DNA from: Chitinophaga pinensis
GTDB taxonomy: Bacteria; Bacteroidota; Bacteroidia; NS11-12g; UBA955
Reading direction: 5' to 3'
DNA: 64,000 bases
Assembly (NCBI GenBank): GCA_945863965.1
Contig: CAMBBZ010000001.1
Coordinates: 199-64,198, forward strand
Shown here: positions 53,278 through 63,817 of the stretch, piece by piece
How positions within the stretch are numbered: the stretch's first letter is position 1
Layout: each line of letters starts with the position of its first letter
The notes under the pieces: generated by a model
The model's database searches: none
Seen by the model: the letters and a program-made list of their open reading frames with translations, nothing else
What the model was told of the DNA's origin: nothing
Position numbers and translations under genes: made by a program

Positions 53278-54264
53278 TTATGACTTCTGGGCTAGAAATC
53301 CCTTCAAATCCATAATGATACCCACTTCCATATTGTTTTCTTTTTTATCGTCGGAAGCCCAAATACTCAACCAATCGCAGGCATGTATTACCTCAAATAA
53401 AGAAGACAAACTTGAATCCTTGATGGGATATTGATAAATACGGTTCCCTTTTTCAGTCAAGAGCCGATTCAAGAACTCGAATCGCGCATTCACCCGTTCG
53501 TTATTCCCACTATTTAAAAACAAGAAATTATTATCTCTCTTCTGATAATAACTCTCAATCATATTGTGATTCGCCTCTGGCAATACGGACATAAAGGCCT
53601 CGCCTTTGGCATTTTCTTGAATTTGTTGACACACACGAATCCCCACCGCCTCAAACGCCGCATCGGTAACGATTACAAACGTATTGGCAATCTGATCTTG
53701 AAAGCAGGCATGCATTTCTTTCGCTCTTAAGATTGCTGTTTCGTGGTTCTTAAACTGCCCTTGCAAGGCGGTTAATGACGGTATCATATCTTTGCCTAAC
53801 AATTCACCCAATATCAATAACAAGTTCGATAGCGCGAACCCTAAGGTCATACGGGGTTGATAACCCAAGGCAATCGTATACGTGGGCAACTCATACTTCT
53901 TAGCTAATTCCGTTAACGTGCCACCCGCGGCCATAATAATAATTTCACAACCTTTTTCTTGTGCTTCGCCAAACATAGTGAGCGTTTCCTCCGTGTTTCC
54001 TGAATAGGAACATAGAATGGCTAAAGTCTGTTCATTGGCATAAGCTGGAACGCTATAATCTGAAAATACCTCTACAGGAATCGGCATTTCATTGATAAAA
54101 TACGCCCGTGCAATGCGTCCACCAATACCACTCCCCCCTAAACCACCGATAATTACGTTTCTGAATTTATGGATATTTTTTCCATGAGCACGGTAGTGAT
54201 TAATGGCATATTCAAATTGTTCGGAAAAATTCTCAAGGGATTGTTCGTGTGTAATGGCTGACAT
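53278..54264 (-). CDS. SIS-domain bifunctional phosphoglucose/phosphomannose isomerase
   Basis: GLGGSGIGG, SYSGNTEET, QPR, QIQENAK, PEANHN motifs. Confidence 0.88.
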   Translation of the reverse strand: MSAITHEQSLENFSEQFEYAINHYRAHGKNIHKFRNVIIGGLGGSGIGGRIARAYFINEMPIPVEVFSDYSVPAYANEQTLAILCSYSGNTEETLTMFGEAQEKGCEIIIMAAGGTLTELAKKYELPTYTIALGYQPRMTLGFALSNLLLILGELLGKDMIPSLTALQGQFKNHETAILRAKEMHACFQDQIANTFVIVTDAAFEAVGIRVCQQIQENAKGEAFMSVLPEANHNMIESYYQKRDNNFLFLNSGNNERVNARFEFLNRLLTEKGNRIYQYPIKDSSLSSLFEVIHACDWLSIWASDDKKENNMEVGIIMDLKGFLAQKS

Positions 54265-54330
54265 ATTACAAAAGTACAGCGATTTAACAATATTCGTGTC
54301 TTATCTCCTATTAATGCGACTAATTAATCC

Positions 54331-54359
54331 AAAAAAAAGCCGCTCCTAGGAGCGGCTTT
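54331..54359 (-). terminator. Intrinsic terminator after the PpiD-like gene
   Basis: Perfect palindrome AAAGCCGCTCCTAGGAGCGGCTTT with an 8-T tract on the minus strand. Confidence 0.85.
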
Positions 54360-54380
54360 GCTATATTTTAAATGCCTTTA

Positions 54381-56534
54381 TTAATTATTCCACTCGAATT
54401 TGTATCGGAAATCTTGAATGTTTCCTTCACGCATCAATACTTCTTGCAATCGGTTTAACATATAGCTAGGCTGACGGCTATAATCGTCACCTTCAGGCGT
54501 ATTATACACTGATGTGGGAATTTCTACCTTGTTTATTTTCGCGATCTTGATAATGGCTACCGACTCTTTTCCAATGATAGGATTGCTTGTAATCCCTTCT
54601 TTTAGACCAAAAACCGCACCCAATACACCAAATTCGCTTCCAATTTGAGGTAAAAATCCTTGTCCGAAACGGGCAACATCTAAATCTACCACGGTAGCGT
54701 TTAATTGCTGCGCCAACTTGTTAAAGTCTTTTTCTTTCGCATACGCCTCTTCCATCTTCTTTGCTAACAATTTGCCTTTTATGAACTTACGCACTTCTGG
54801 TTCTATTTGTTTGCGGACGCTTTGAGCGGTTGCATATCCCACGTGCTTCACATTTTCCAACTTAATAACCACGTGTTTAGTTGGAAACGCAAATATTTCG
54901 GAAATATCATTATTCGCTCGTTTCGCATCGAATAACCAATAATTCAACTGACGTATTTCACTCATATCAGAAATACCACCAATAGAACGCTGATCGGTAC
55001 CAAACTCATTCGCTACCAAAGGAATTAAAGCAAACTTTTCTACTGCTTTATCAAATGTTTCTGGCTTGCTTGGGTCGATTTGATTTTTGAATTTGCGACT
55101 TTTTTCATCGACCAATTTCACGGTATTACTTCCTGGACCGATTTCCACACTGTTCATGGAAAAACGGATCATTCGGTAATCGGGATCGTCCATCATTTTC
55201 ATGATGTGGAAACCGTATTCTGTTTTTACTAAACCCAACTGGTTTTTCGTCGCTGTTAAGCAAAAGTTTTTGTAGGCCGCTACATATTGATTGGGATTTG
55301 CCCAACCGTAAGTTCCACCTTTGCTCGCTGAACCTGGATCGCTAGAATAATCGGCCGCTAATTCGGCTATCGTTTTGCCACCGGCAACCATAGCGTAAAC
55401 CTTTTTGGCTTCTACTTCTGCTTGAATGGAATCTTTGATTTCTGTTCCGTTTGGTAATTTACCCGCAAAAGGAATTAGAATATGAGAAACATTAACGACG
55501 GGAACTGAATCTTTAATTTCAGCTACTTTTTGATATACACTGAAAACACCTTCCTTATACACAGGTCCTACAACCCTACCCAAACGGGCATCCCATAAAG
55601 AATCCTTAACCACGGCTGGCATTTTGTCATTACTCAGATCTGAACGACGCACAAATCCGCTGGCACCCAAGGTATCGGGCTTTTCAGACATGCGTGCATA
55701 GCTTTGCGCAACACGTAAAGCGCGTGTTTGTGCATCTAAAGTGTCTTCTGTAGAGGGTACGATATTGAAAACCACGTATTTAAAATCACGCTTTTCTTGG
55801 GTGATTTTAAATTTCTCTTTATTTAGATCTAGATATTCCTTAACGTCTGAATCGGTTATTTTAACATCTCCATCCTTAATGAATTCAAGATTTACCGCTA
55901 GCAACTTACCGTTTACGCTTTCGTTTGAGCCTTTGTATTGGTAACCTTGCTCTACTTTAGTTGTAAACGCACGTGCTTTGGCAACATAGGTGGCATAACG
56001 GGTTTCAATCTCATTTTGGCGCATGCGATCAACATACGTGCCCAATTGTTTGCGCAATGTGGCGTTCGACTTTGCCTGGCGGAAAATATCTTCCACCTTC
56101 TTAGGATCAAACTGATTGTCGGTCTGAAAGGATGGATCCCCTTTTATAGATTCATCAGGATGCGCACCCACCATCAATTCGTTGATATCTTCGTCGGAAA
56201 CCGCGATTCCGGACTTTTCAATTTGTGTCGAAACCGTTTTATTCTTTAACAAATCAAACCAAGAACGTTGGAATAGTTGACTAGACTTTTCTTTATCTAA
56301 CTGGTAATTAGGATCGCGCTCGAGCTCTTCTTTATAATATTTGTCGGCAATTTTGAGAATTTCTGCCTCTTTAACTTTTTCTCCAGCTATGACGGCGATC
56401 ACATCGCGATCTTCATCAATCTCTGGACCGTTACCTTTACCTGTTAACCAGTCGCCTACAATGAACAGCACCAAGGCTGACCCAATTACAATGGCTACCC
56501 ATTTGGAACTTCTAAGTCTTTGTATAATTGCCAT
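54381..56534 (-). CDS. PpiD/SurA-like membrane-anchored periplasmic chaperone with parvulin domain
   Basis: N-terminal TM anchor, SurA-N-like region, VSHILI, YSSDPGSASKGG.YGW, KTEYGFHI. Confidence 0.88.
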   Translation of the reverse strand: MAIIQRLRSSKWVAIVIGSALVLFIVGDWLTGKGNGPEIDEDRDVIAVIAGEKVKEAEILKIADKYYKEELERDPNYQLDKEKSSQLFQRSWFDLLKNKTVSTQIEKSGIAVSDEDINELMVGAHPDESIKGDPSFQTDNQFDPKKVEDIFRQAKSNATLRKQLGTYVDRMRQNEIETRYATYVAKARAFTTKVEQGYQYKGSNESVNGKLLAVNLEFIKDGDVKITDSDVKEYLDLNKEKFKITQEKRDFKYVVFNIVPSTEDTLDAQTRALRVAQSYARMSEKPDTLGASGFVRRSDLSNDKMPAVVKDSLWDARLGRVVGPVYKEGVFSVYQKVAEIKDSVPVVNVSHILIPFAGKLPNGTEIKDSIQAEVEAKKVYAMVAGGKTIAELAADYSSDPGSASKGGTYGWANPNQYVAAYKNFCLTATKNQLGLVKTEYGFHIMKMMDDPDYRMIRFSMNSVEIGPGSNTVKLVDEKSRKFKNQIDPSKPETFDKAVEKFALIPLVANEFGTDQRSIGGISDMSEIRQLNYWLFDAKRANNDISEIFAFPTKHVVIKLENVKHVGYATAQSVRKQIEPEVRKFIKGKLLAKKMEEAYAKEKDFNKLAQQLNATVVDLDVARFGQGFLPQIGSEFGVLGAVFGLKEGITSNPIIGKESVAIIKIAKINKVEIPTSVYNTPEGDDYSRQPSYMLNRLQEVLMREGNIQDFRYKFEWNN

Positions 56535-56624
56535 ATCAAATATTGCTTGTTTTTAAAAAGAAAGCAAAAATAGGATTTCGGAACCGATAAAACAACCAAA
56601 AAACAAACCTTTCAGTCGCAATTC

Positions 56625-58175
56625 CTACTCAACCCAATAACGTTTGCGTATTGCTTTTTTATTCCGCCTAATAATTACGTTGTAAACACCTGAAGGCAGG
56701 CGATTTTTATGAATGAATATTTCTTGAAATTCAGATTCCCCAAAACCCTTTTCTCCATCGGACGTATATATCTGCTGGGCATACACTTTAGGTCCCGACT
56801 TTATCTCGAAGGTAAAGGACGTTTCACCAGGCATATTTGCCAAAAATAATACGGAATCCATATCGTCGCAGGGATTAATCATAAGCACCGGTTGTTGCTT
56901 TACGGGTTTTATCTTTTTACCCTTCCATTCTGTTAATTGTATCACTATTTTATTCGTGCGATCGTCAAAGGCAGTAACTGCTACCATTCCCCCACCGGAT
57001 TTGGCCGTTGCCAACGAAATATAATCTCCGTAAAAACGATCCTTTCCGGCAAGTGCAATGGGTTCCGGACTTAAGTTAATATTTACAGTGGCGCCCAAAG
57101 GCTTTAATTCACTAGTATTTACTTGAAAAAATCGACCCGACTGGCTGTGGCGCATGTCGTACCATATAGCACGGGGCAACCCTGTATTGCGGTCTAATGC
57201 CACATAAGGAAATAATTGATTGGCACCCGAAATGTCGTCGTCAACGCGCATGGCTTTCCCGAATCCACTCGTAGAAGAAGAAGCGACCTGATACCATATA
57301 TCCCAATCTCCTTGAACAGACTTCGCGGCATAAACAACATACATACCGCCCTTCTCATCGCTGCATAAGAATGGCATCCCGTTGGCCCGCGTTAATCCCT
57401 GAACATCGTTTATATTCCAACCGCCTTTCATCGTTCCTAGGAAAACATCCTTCCCCCAATTACGCCCGGCATCGCTACTTTTATCGTACCACAAGGTATC
57501 GTTGCGAGACCAAACACAGACCAAGGTGCCGTTTGGAAAAACGCCCACGGTAGCGCCTTCTGCGGTTTGACTTCCGTCTTTGGCATCGCCTGAAACATCA
57601 CTAATATAAACGGGCTCAGAAAAGGTGGCTCCTAAATTTTCGCTATACGAAAAACGAATCCGGCTTGAATCTCGGGGCGATTCACTTCCGTACTTATCAA
57701 ATTCGGTCCACACCAAGTAAATATTATTGCGATACGGACTTTTAATGCCTTCATCAACAGTAAACCACGGTTTATCTTGCATTTTACCGTTTTTACCGAT
57801 GCCCTTTGAATAAAACTCTACCCCATTGGTAGACCGTTCGAATACAATACAATCAAAAGACTCGGGATACGGTTTTTCTTCATTTTTAGCCAAATGGGCT
57901 AAGTAAATCATGCCATTTTTGGCTTTATAAATCACAGGATCTCCGTAAAAACCTTGGGTAGGTTTAACCGATATTGGGTTCCATTGGTTCCCTCGATTTA
58001 GGGTATGAAAGACTTGATTGTTATTGAAAGCCAACCAAATATCGCTTGGATCTTCTGCATTCATGGAAATACAGGGTTCATTGCCTTCAATAGGCGGATC
58101 CGATAAATAGGTAACCCGAATTTGTGCCCCAATAAAAAGGGGACAAAACAGCCAAACCAATGCCAGCAGCTTCAT
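56625..58175 (-). CDS. Exported Asp-box/BNR beta-propeller protein with a putative T9SS C-terminal domain
   Basis: Signal peptide from ATG 58175; Asp-box-like repeats RSTNGVEF, YSENLGATF, KSSDAGRNW; QDKPW; ends with LPSGVYNVIIR. Confidence 0.75.
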   Translation of the reverse strand: MKLLALVWLFCPLFIGAQIRVTYLSDPPIEGNEPCISMNAEDPSDIWLAFNNNQVFHTLNRGNQWNPISVKPTQGFYGDPVIYKAKNGMIYLAHLAKNEEKPYPESFDCIVFERSTNGVEFYSKGIGKNGKMQDKPWFTVDEGIKSPYRNNIYLVWTEFDKYGSESPRDSSRIRFSYSENLGATFSEPVYISDVSGDAKDGSQTAEGATVGVFPNGTLVCVWSRNDTLWYDKSSDAGRNWGKDVFLGTMKGGWNINDVQGLTRANGMPFLCSDEKGGMYVVYAAKSVQGDWDIWYQVASSSTSGFGKAMRVDDDISGANQLFPYVALDRNTGLPRAIWYDMRHSQSGRFFQVNTSELKPLGATVNINLSPEPIALAGKDRFYGDYISLATAKSGGGMVAVTAFDDRTNKIVIQLTEWKGKKIKPVKQQPVLMINPCDDMDSVLFLANMPGETSFTFEIKSGPKVYAQQIYTSDGEKGFGESEFQEIFIHKNRLPSGVYNVIIRRNKKAIRKRYWVE

Positions 58176-58204
58176 CCCCCGAAAATACACAATATAACTG
58201 AGTT

Positions 58205-59149
58205 TTAATCTCCTTTTGCCGCTAACCAACGCTCGGCGTCTAAAGCAGCCATGCAACCGGTACCCGCTGCGGTTACCGCCTGGCGATAAATTTTATCTTG
58301 GGCATCACCAGCACAAAACACCCCTTCAACGTTTGTACGGCTACTGCCTTTTTCGGTGATGATATAACCCGATTCATCCATATCCAAATAAGGTTTGAAT
58401 ATATCGGTATTAGGATTATGTCCAATTGCTACGAAAAATCCTTTTATCGCAATCTCGCGCTTTTCTCCTGTTTGATTATTGGAAACACGCACCGCCTCAA
58501 CAGCAAATTCCCCCAATATTTCATCCGTTTCGGTATTGAATAGTATTTCGATGTTCGGCGTATTCATCACGCGGTGCTGCATGGCTTTTGAGGCCCGGAA
58601 TTCACTCTTGCGCACCAACATATACACTTTACTGCAAATTTTAGACAAGTAACTCGCTTCTTCACAAGCGGTATCTCCCGCCCCAACAATAGCCACTTCA
58701 CTGCCTTTGTAGAAAAAACCATCACAAACGGCACAAGCGCTAACACCGCTGCCGTTCAAACGGGCTTCCGATGGAATACCCAACCATTTGGCAGAGGCAC
58801 CCGTAGATATAATGACCGATGTGGCGCTGATTTCTTTGCTTCCATCTACTATAACTTTTTGAGGTCCACCCGGTGTGAATTCAACTGAGGTTACCATACC
58901 AAAACGCACATCGGTACCCAAACGAACCGCTTGTTTTTTGAAGTTATCCATCATTACGGGACCCATAATACCGTCGGGGTAACCAGGATAGTTTTCTACA
59001 TCCGTCGTTATGGTTAATTGTCCGCCCGGTTGCAAGCCCTCATACATTACTGGCTTCATATCGGCTCTGGCCGCATATATCGCTGCGGTATAACCGGCAG
59101 GACCGCTGCCGATGATTAAACATTCTATGTGTTCGATTGATTCTGACAT
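58205..59149 (-). CDS. trxB: Thioredoxin reductase
   Basis: IIGSGPAGYTAA, VENYPG, SACAVCDG, GAGDTA, YRQAVTAAG. Confidence 0.98.
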   Translation of the reverse strand: MSESIEHIECLIIGSGPAGYTAAIYAARADMKPVMYEGLQPGGQLTITTDVENYPGYPDGIMGPVMMDNFKKQAVRLGTDVRFGMVTSVEFTPGGPQKVIVDGSKEISATSVIISTGASAKWLGIPSEARLNGSGVSACAVCDGFFYKGSEVAIVGAGDTACEEASYLSKICSKVYMLVRKSEFRASKAMQHRVMNTPNIEILFNTETDEILGEFAVEAVRVSNNQTGEKREIAIKGFFVAIGHNPNTDIFKPYLDMDESGYIITEKGSSRTNVEGVFCAGDAQDKIYRQAVTAAGTGCMAALDAERWLAAKGD

Positions 59150-59210
59150 TTCCTTTTATTTTTACAAAATTAAGTTCACAATACCTTGAAATCGGGTGAT
59201 TTTAGGCACA

Positions 59211-61361
59211 TTAGGACAACATTAATAATTCACGGTACTTGGGTAAGGTCCAATCGGCATCATCACACAAGCGTTCCATTTCATCAGATACTGCCCGCAA
59301 TTCATCAAACAAGGGTCTCAAAACATTATTAAACACCAACGCCCTGTCTTTGGCATGCTCATTGGCCATGGCCTTTTCGTTTTCTTCAATCAAATTATTA
59401 TTAAGTTGCTGGGCCGAGTTTATCAAACCGCTAAAAGTGCGCAACAAATCCATTTGGGCCGTCATTAATGACGGTTCAATACCAATAGATTTCATATCTG
59501 CCAATCCTTTTGCAATTCTACCTTGGTATTTAATTGCCGAAGGAATTACAAACGTTTGAATCATTTCAGACAATACTTTGGCTTCCAATTCTAAACTGAG
59601 CACATACGTTTCATAACGAATTTCAGTGCGTGCTTCCAATTCTTTATGAGAGAAAATGCCGTTTTCGGTAAACAAAGCCACACTTTTTGGCGCTAAATAG
59701 GCTTGTAAAGCCTCAGCCGTATTTTTCACATTGCTCAACCCACGCTTTTTCGCTTCTACAACCCATTCATCGCTGTATCCATTTCCCCCGAAAATAATAT
59801 TTTTACTTGAGGTCAATATCGTACGTAGAACCATTTCGATTGCGTCTTCAGTAGGCATACCCGAATTAATTTTCGCATCAACATCTACTTTAAATTGGGT
59901 CAGCTGATTGGCTACTATGGTATTTAACACCACCATGGCCGAACTGCAATTATCGCTACTTCCTACCGCACGAAACTCAAATTTGTTTCCAGTAAAGGCA
60001 AACGGAGAGGTTCGATTGCGATCGGTATTATCGAGCAAAATTTCAGGAATATTAGGAATATTTATGCTCTCTTGCTGACCGTGGTTATTCCCTTCGATTT
60101 TGTTTTCAAAATCATCCAACACCTTAGAAAGGGTATCGCCAATAAACACACTCATAATGGCCGGTGGCGCTTCATTGGCCCCCAAACGGTGGTCGTTGGC
60201 TGCCGTAGCAATACTCGCACGCAATAAGTCGGCATGGTCGTAAACCGCTTTGATTACGTTAATAAAGAACGTCAAAAACTGTAAATTCAATTGCGGACTA
60301 TTTCCGGGGGAAAGCAAATTAACGCCGGTGCTCGTTACCAAGCTCCAGTTATTATGTTTGCCGCTGCCGTTGATTCCTTTATAGGGCTTTTCGTGCAACA
60401 ATACCCGCAAACCGTGATCCGTAGCCACTGCACCCATTACATCCATAAGCAAGGTATTGTGATCTACCGCTAAATTCAAGCTTTCAAACTGCGGAGCGCA
60501 CTCAAACTGTCCCGGCGCTACCTCATTGTGTCGGGTGCGCAACGGAATGCCCAAGCGGTGTGCTTGCTGTTCAAAATCATTCATGAAGGCTTGAACCTTC
60601 GTAGGAATCGATCCAAAATAATGATCTTCCATTTGCTGACCTTTCGCAGGCGTATGTCCGATTAACGTACGACCCGCGTACATTAAATCAGGACGCGCTT
60701 GGTATAAATCTTCTCGTACCAAAAAATACTCTTGTTCCACGCCCAAGGAAACGGAACAATCGCGTACATCGGTATCGAAATATTGACACACATCGGTAGC
60801 CGCTTTGCGCACAAAAGCCAATGTTTTTAACAAAGGCGCTTTATAATCGAGCGCTTCGCCTGTATACGAAACAAAAATAGTGGGTATGCACAAGGTACGC
60901 ACGCCTCCTTTTTCAAGGATAAAGGCGGGTGAGCTTGGATCCCAAGCGGTATAACCACGGGCTTCAAAGGTATTTCGAATACCTCCACTTGGAAAGGAAC
61001 TGGCATCGGGCTCTTGTTGCGCCAATGCTTTACCACTGAAAACTTCTATACCACTATCCACGTCGGTTGGCTCGAAAAAACTATCGTGCTTTTCTGCCGT
61101 AGTACCCCGCAAAGGCTGAAACCAATGGGTATAATGTGTGGCCCCCATATCTAAGGCCCATCGCTTCATCCCACCGGCAATTTCATCCGCCGCATCGCGA
61201 TGCACGGTATGACCGTCGTTGACCGCTTTGTGAATTTCAGCTATCGCTTCGGCCGACAAATACCCTTTTTGGGCTTTGGGACCAAATACCAATTCGCCGT
61301 AGTAGGCCGAAATTCCTTGTGGATGTTCTAAATGTGAGTGGGTGTCTTCAGAATGACTCAT
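59211..61361 (-). CDS. glnA: Glutamine synthetase type III
   Basis: THYTHWFQP, EPDASSFPSGG, EQEYF, HNEVAP, NGSGKHNNW, DRNRTSPFAFTGNKFEFR. Start set at ATG 61361, downstream of TACCTTTG (61411-61404). Confidence 0.95.
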   Translation of the reverse strand: MSHSEDTHSHLEHPQGISAYYGELVFGPKAQKGYLSAEAIAEIHKAVNDGHTVHRDAADEIAGGMKRWALDMGATHYTHWFQPLRGTTAEKHDSFFEPTDVDSGIEVFSGKALAQQEPDASSFPSGGIRNTFEARGYTAWDPSSPAFILEKGGVRTLCIPTIFVSYTGEALDYKAPLLKTLAFVRKAATDVCQYFDTDVRDCSVSLGVEQEYFLVREDLYQARPDLMYAGRTLIGHTPAKGQQMEDHYFGSIPTKVQAFMNDFEQQAHRLGIPLRTRHNEVAPGQFECAPQFESLNLAVDHNTLLMDVMGAVATDHGLRVLLHEKPYKGINGSGKHNNWSLVTSTGVNLLSPGNSPQLNLQFLTFFINVIKAVYDHADLLRASIATAANDHRLGANEAPPAIMSVFIGDTLSKVLDDFENKIEGNNHGQQESINIPNIPEILLDNTDRNRTSPFAFTGNKFEFRAVGSSDNCSSAMVVLNTIVANQLTQFKVDVDAKINSGMPTEDAIEMVLRTILTSSKNIIFGGNGYSDEWVVEAKKRGLSNVKNTAEALQAYLAPKSVALFTENGIFSHKELEARTEIRYETYVLSLELEAKVLSEMIQTFVIPSAIKYQGRIAKGLADMKSIGIEPSLMTAQMDLLRTFSGLINSAQQLNNNLIEENEKAMANEHAKDRALVFNNVLRPLFDELRAVSDEMERLCDDADWTLPKYRELLMLS

Positions 61362-61624
61362 ATGGTTCTTAGGTAAGTTTTGATTGTGAGTGTTAAACTG
61401 CGACAAAGGTACAATCCCCTTAACAAATAAAACCAAGAACCCCCGCTAAAATATTCATATTAAATGCACCGCAATAAACCTGCTTTTATACCCCTATTTC
61501 CGAAATACCCACACCTCATCCACAACGCAATTGTGCTATTCATTTACGGCGTTAGGCGGCTTCCCCCGATTGCTTTTTTCAGTTAATAAAGAAAGAACGT
61601 ACCTTCGTTTTAAAGTTTTACCGT

Positions 61625-63817
61625 ATGAAAGGCCTCAAAAAAACCATTATTCTCCTAATTTTCGGGGGAATTTTTACGCACATTTCAGCTCAAAAAATTA
61701 GCTTAACCGATTTTCACAACGGGCGCTTACGCACCAAAACAGGTCCTATTTATCCCTTTACACCCGATGGGAAAGACTTATTGCAAGTGGGAAATTACGT
61801 AGATAGCGCAAAAGAATACCCCAATCATTGGTTTGTAAATATCGTAGATCCCCATAAAAAATTCCAAACCTGCGACACCCTTTTTCATTCCGCTTGGTTC
61901 AAAGACAGCTTGGAAGAAGGCGAATTTACCCTTTCAGAAAATCGCAATTTCATGTTGGTGGAAATCAACGCCCAAGCCATTTACCGACATAGTGTTTCCG
62001 TAAATGCGTATGTTGTAGACCTTAAGCAAAAAACAATCCTTTCCATTCCTGGCCGACTCCGATACCCTACCCTAAGTCCGGATAACCGCAAAGTCGCTTA
62101 CGTGCGCGACAACAACCTTTTTGTTTACGATTTAAAGTCCCAATCAGAAACGCAAATAACCACCGATGGCGCCTTTAACAGTCTTATTAACGGAGCCGTT
62201 GATTGGGTATACGAAGAAGAATTTTCCATGAGTCGGGGCTTCGAATGGAGTCCGACTGGACGTTATATTGCCTACTACAAGTTTGATGAAAGCCAGGTAA
62301 ATGAATTTTCTATGGATGAATTTCACGATTTGTATCCCGATCAAGTGCGTTGGAAATATCCCAAAGCGGGAGAAGATAATTCGCGTGTAGATGTATATGT
62401 GTACGATTTAAACAGCAAAACCAATACGCAACTGCCCTTAGAAAGCGAAAAAGACCAATACATTCCGCGCATCCAATGGCTGCATACCGACAAACACCTA
62501 AGTTTACAACGGCTCAATCGATTACAGAATTTCTGGGAACTATTGGTATGGAATACCGAAACATCTGAATTGTCTAAACGCATCCAAGAGGGTCGGGAAA
62601 CCTATTTAGACATCAATGAATCCCTTACATTGGTGCCCAATTCGACCTTGTTTTTGTATTTGAGCGATATTAGTGGATACCGACATATCTACAGCTGCGA
62701 TTATGTGAACGGTCGGATTACAGGAATTACCGAAGGAAAATGGCAGGTGAACGGCATTAATGCATTCCATACCGAAGAAAATCGCATTTATTACAACAGT
62801 ACCGAGGCCAGTACCGTTGAAGACCACGTGTATAGCATTAAGCTAAACGGGAAAGACAAAAAGAGCGTTTTAGGATACCAACCTCTATCGGGAAATCAAT
62901 ACGCCATTACGTCAAAATACGGACAATGGATGTATATAATAAATAGCTGCATGAGCGAAACACCCCATTATCAAACGATTTTGTTGGGAAAGAATTTCCG
63001 TCAGGTTCACGACGATACCAGCTTTCGCAAAAAAGCACAGCAAATGGAACTCAGCGCGGTAACCTTCGATCAAATTCCGGTAAAGGGAACCGAATTCCAA
63101 CTGAATTACTACATGATTAAGCCCAAGAATTTTGACCCTGCGCAAAAGTATCCCTTACTCATGCATTGCTACGGCGGACCCGGTAACAGCATTGCGCGAA
63201 ACAGCTTAAACAGTTATTACGCCTGGTATCAATTTTTAGCCAGTAAAGGGTATATCGTGGTTTGTGTTGACAATCGAGGCACGGGTAACCAAGGCGAAGC
63301 GTTTCAAAAATGCACCTATAAAAATCTAGGTCAACTCGAACAGGAAGACCAAAGAATGGCGGCCGAATTTTTTGGTGGGCTACCTTATATTAACAAGGAA
63401 AGAATTGGTATTTGGGGATGGAGCTTCGGCGGTTATCTCACCTCCTTGTGCATGGTTAAAAGTCCCGATATCTTTAAAATGGGTATAGCCGTTGCGCCGG
63501 TAACCCATTGGAAATATTACGACAATATTTACACCGAACGGTATTTACAACGACCCATAGACAATCCCAAGGGCTACGAAGAAAATTCCCCTATTAATTT
63601 TACCAAAAACATGAAGGGCAATTATCTCATTATTCATGGCACCGGCGATGATAACGTACATTTTCAAAACAGTGCCGAAATGATAAAATCGCTTATTCAA
63701 GCCGGGACTACCTTCGATAGCGAAATTTACCCCAACCGCGCCCATGGCATATCAGATCGAGCCGCACGCGTTCATCTGTTTAATAAAATGACGCGTTACC
63801 TATTAGAAAACCTTTAA
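61625..63817 (+). CDS. Dipeptidyl peptidase IV (S9B family)
   Basis: DWVYEEE, YPKAG, GWSFGG nucleophile, YTERY, HGTGDDNVH, C-terminal His. Confidence 0.95.
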   Translation: MKGLKKTIILLIFGGIFTHISAQKISLTDFHNGRLRTKTGPIYPFTPDGKDLLQVGNYVDSAKEYPNHWFVNIVDPHKKFQTCDTLFHSAWFKDSLEEGEFTLSENRNFMLVEINAQAIYRHSVSVNAYVVDLKQKTILSIPGRLRYPTLSPDNRKVAYVRDNNLFVYDLKSQSETQITTDGAFNSLINGAVDWVYEEEFSMSRGFEWSPTGRYIAYYKFDESQVNEFSMDEFHDLYPDQVRWKYPKAGEDNSRVDVYVYDLNSKTNTQLPLESEKDQYIPRIQWLHTDKHLSLQRLNRLQNFWELLVWNTETSELSKRIQEGRETYLDINESLTLVPNSTLFLYLSDISGYRHIYSCDYVNGRITGITEGKWQVNGINAFHTEENRIYYNSTEASTVEDHVYSIKLNGKDKKSVLGYQPLSGNQYAITSKYGQWMYIINSCMSETPHYQTILLGKNFRQVHDDTSFRKKAQQMELSAVTFDQIPVKGTEFQLNYYMIKPKNFDPAQKYPLLMHCYGGPGNSIARNSLNSYYAWYQFLASKGYIVVCVDNRGTGNQGEAFQKCTYKNLGQLEQEDQRMAAEFFGGLPYINKERIGIWGWSFGGYLTSLCMVKSPDIFKMGIAVAPVTHWKYYDNIYTERYLQRPIDNPKGYEENSPINFTKNMKGNYLIIHGTGDDNVHFQNSAEMIKSLIQAGTTFDSEIYPNRAHGISDRAARVHLFNKMTRYLLENL

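Noticed and set aside
61412..61600. C-rich runs upstream of glnA as nitrogen-regulator sites or a glutamine riboswitch
   Set aside because: No consistent repeat or palindrome can be defined from one sequence, and the predicted glnA leader is only about 40 nt.
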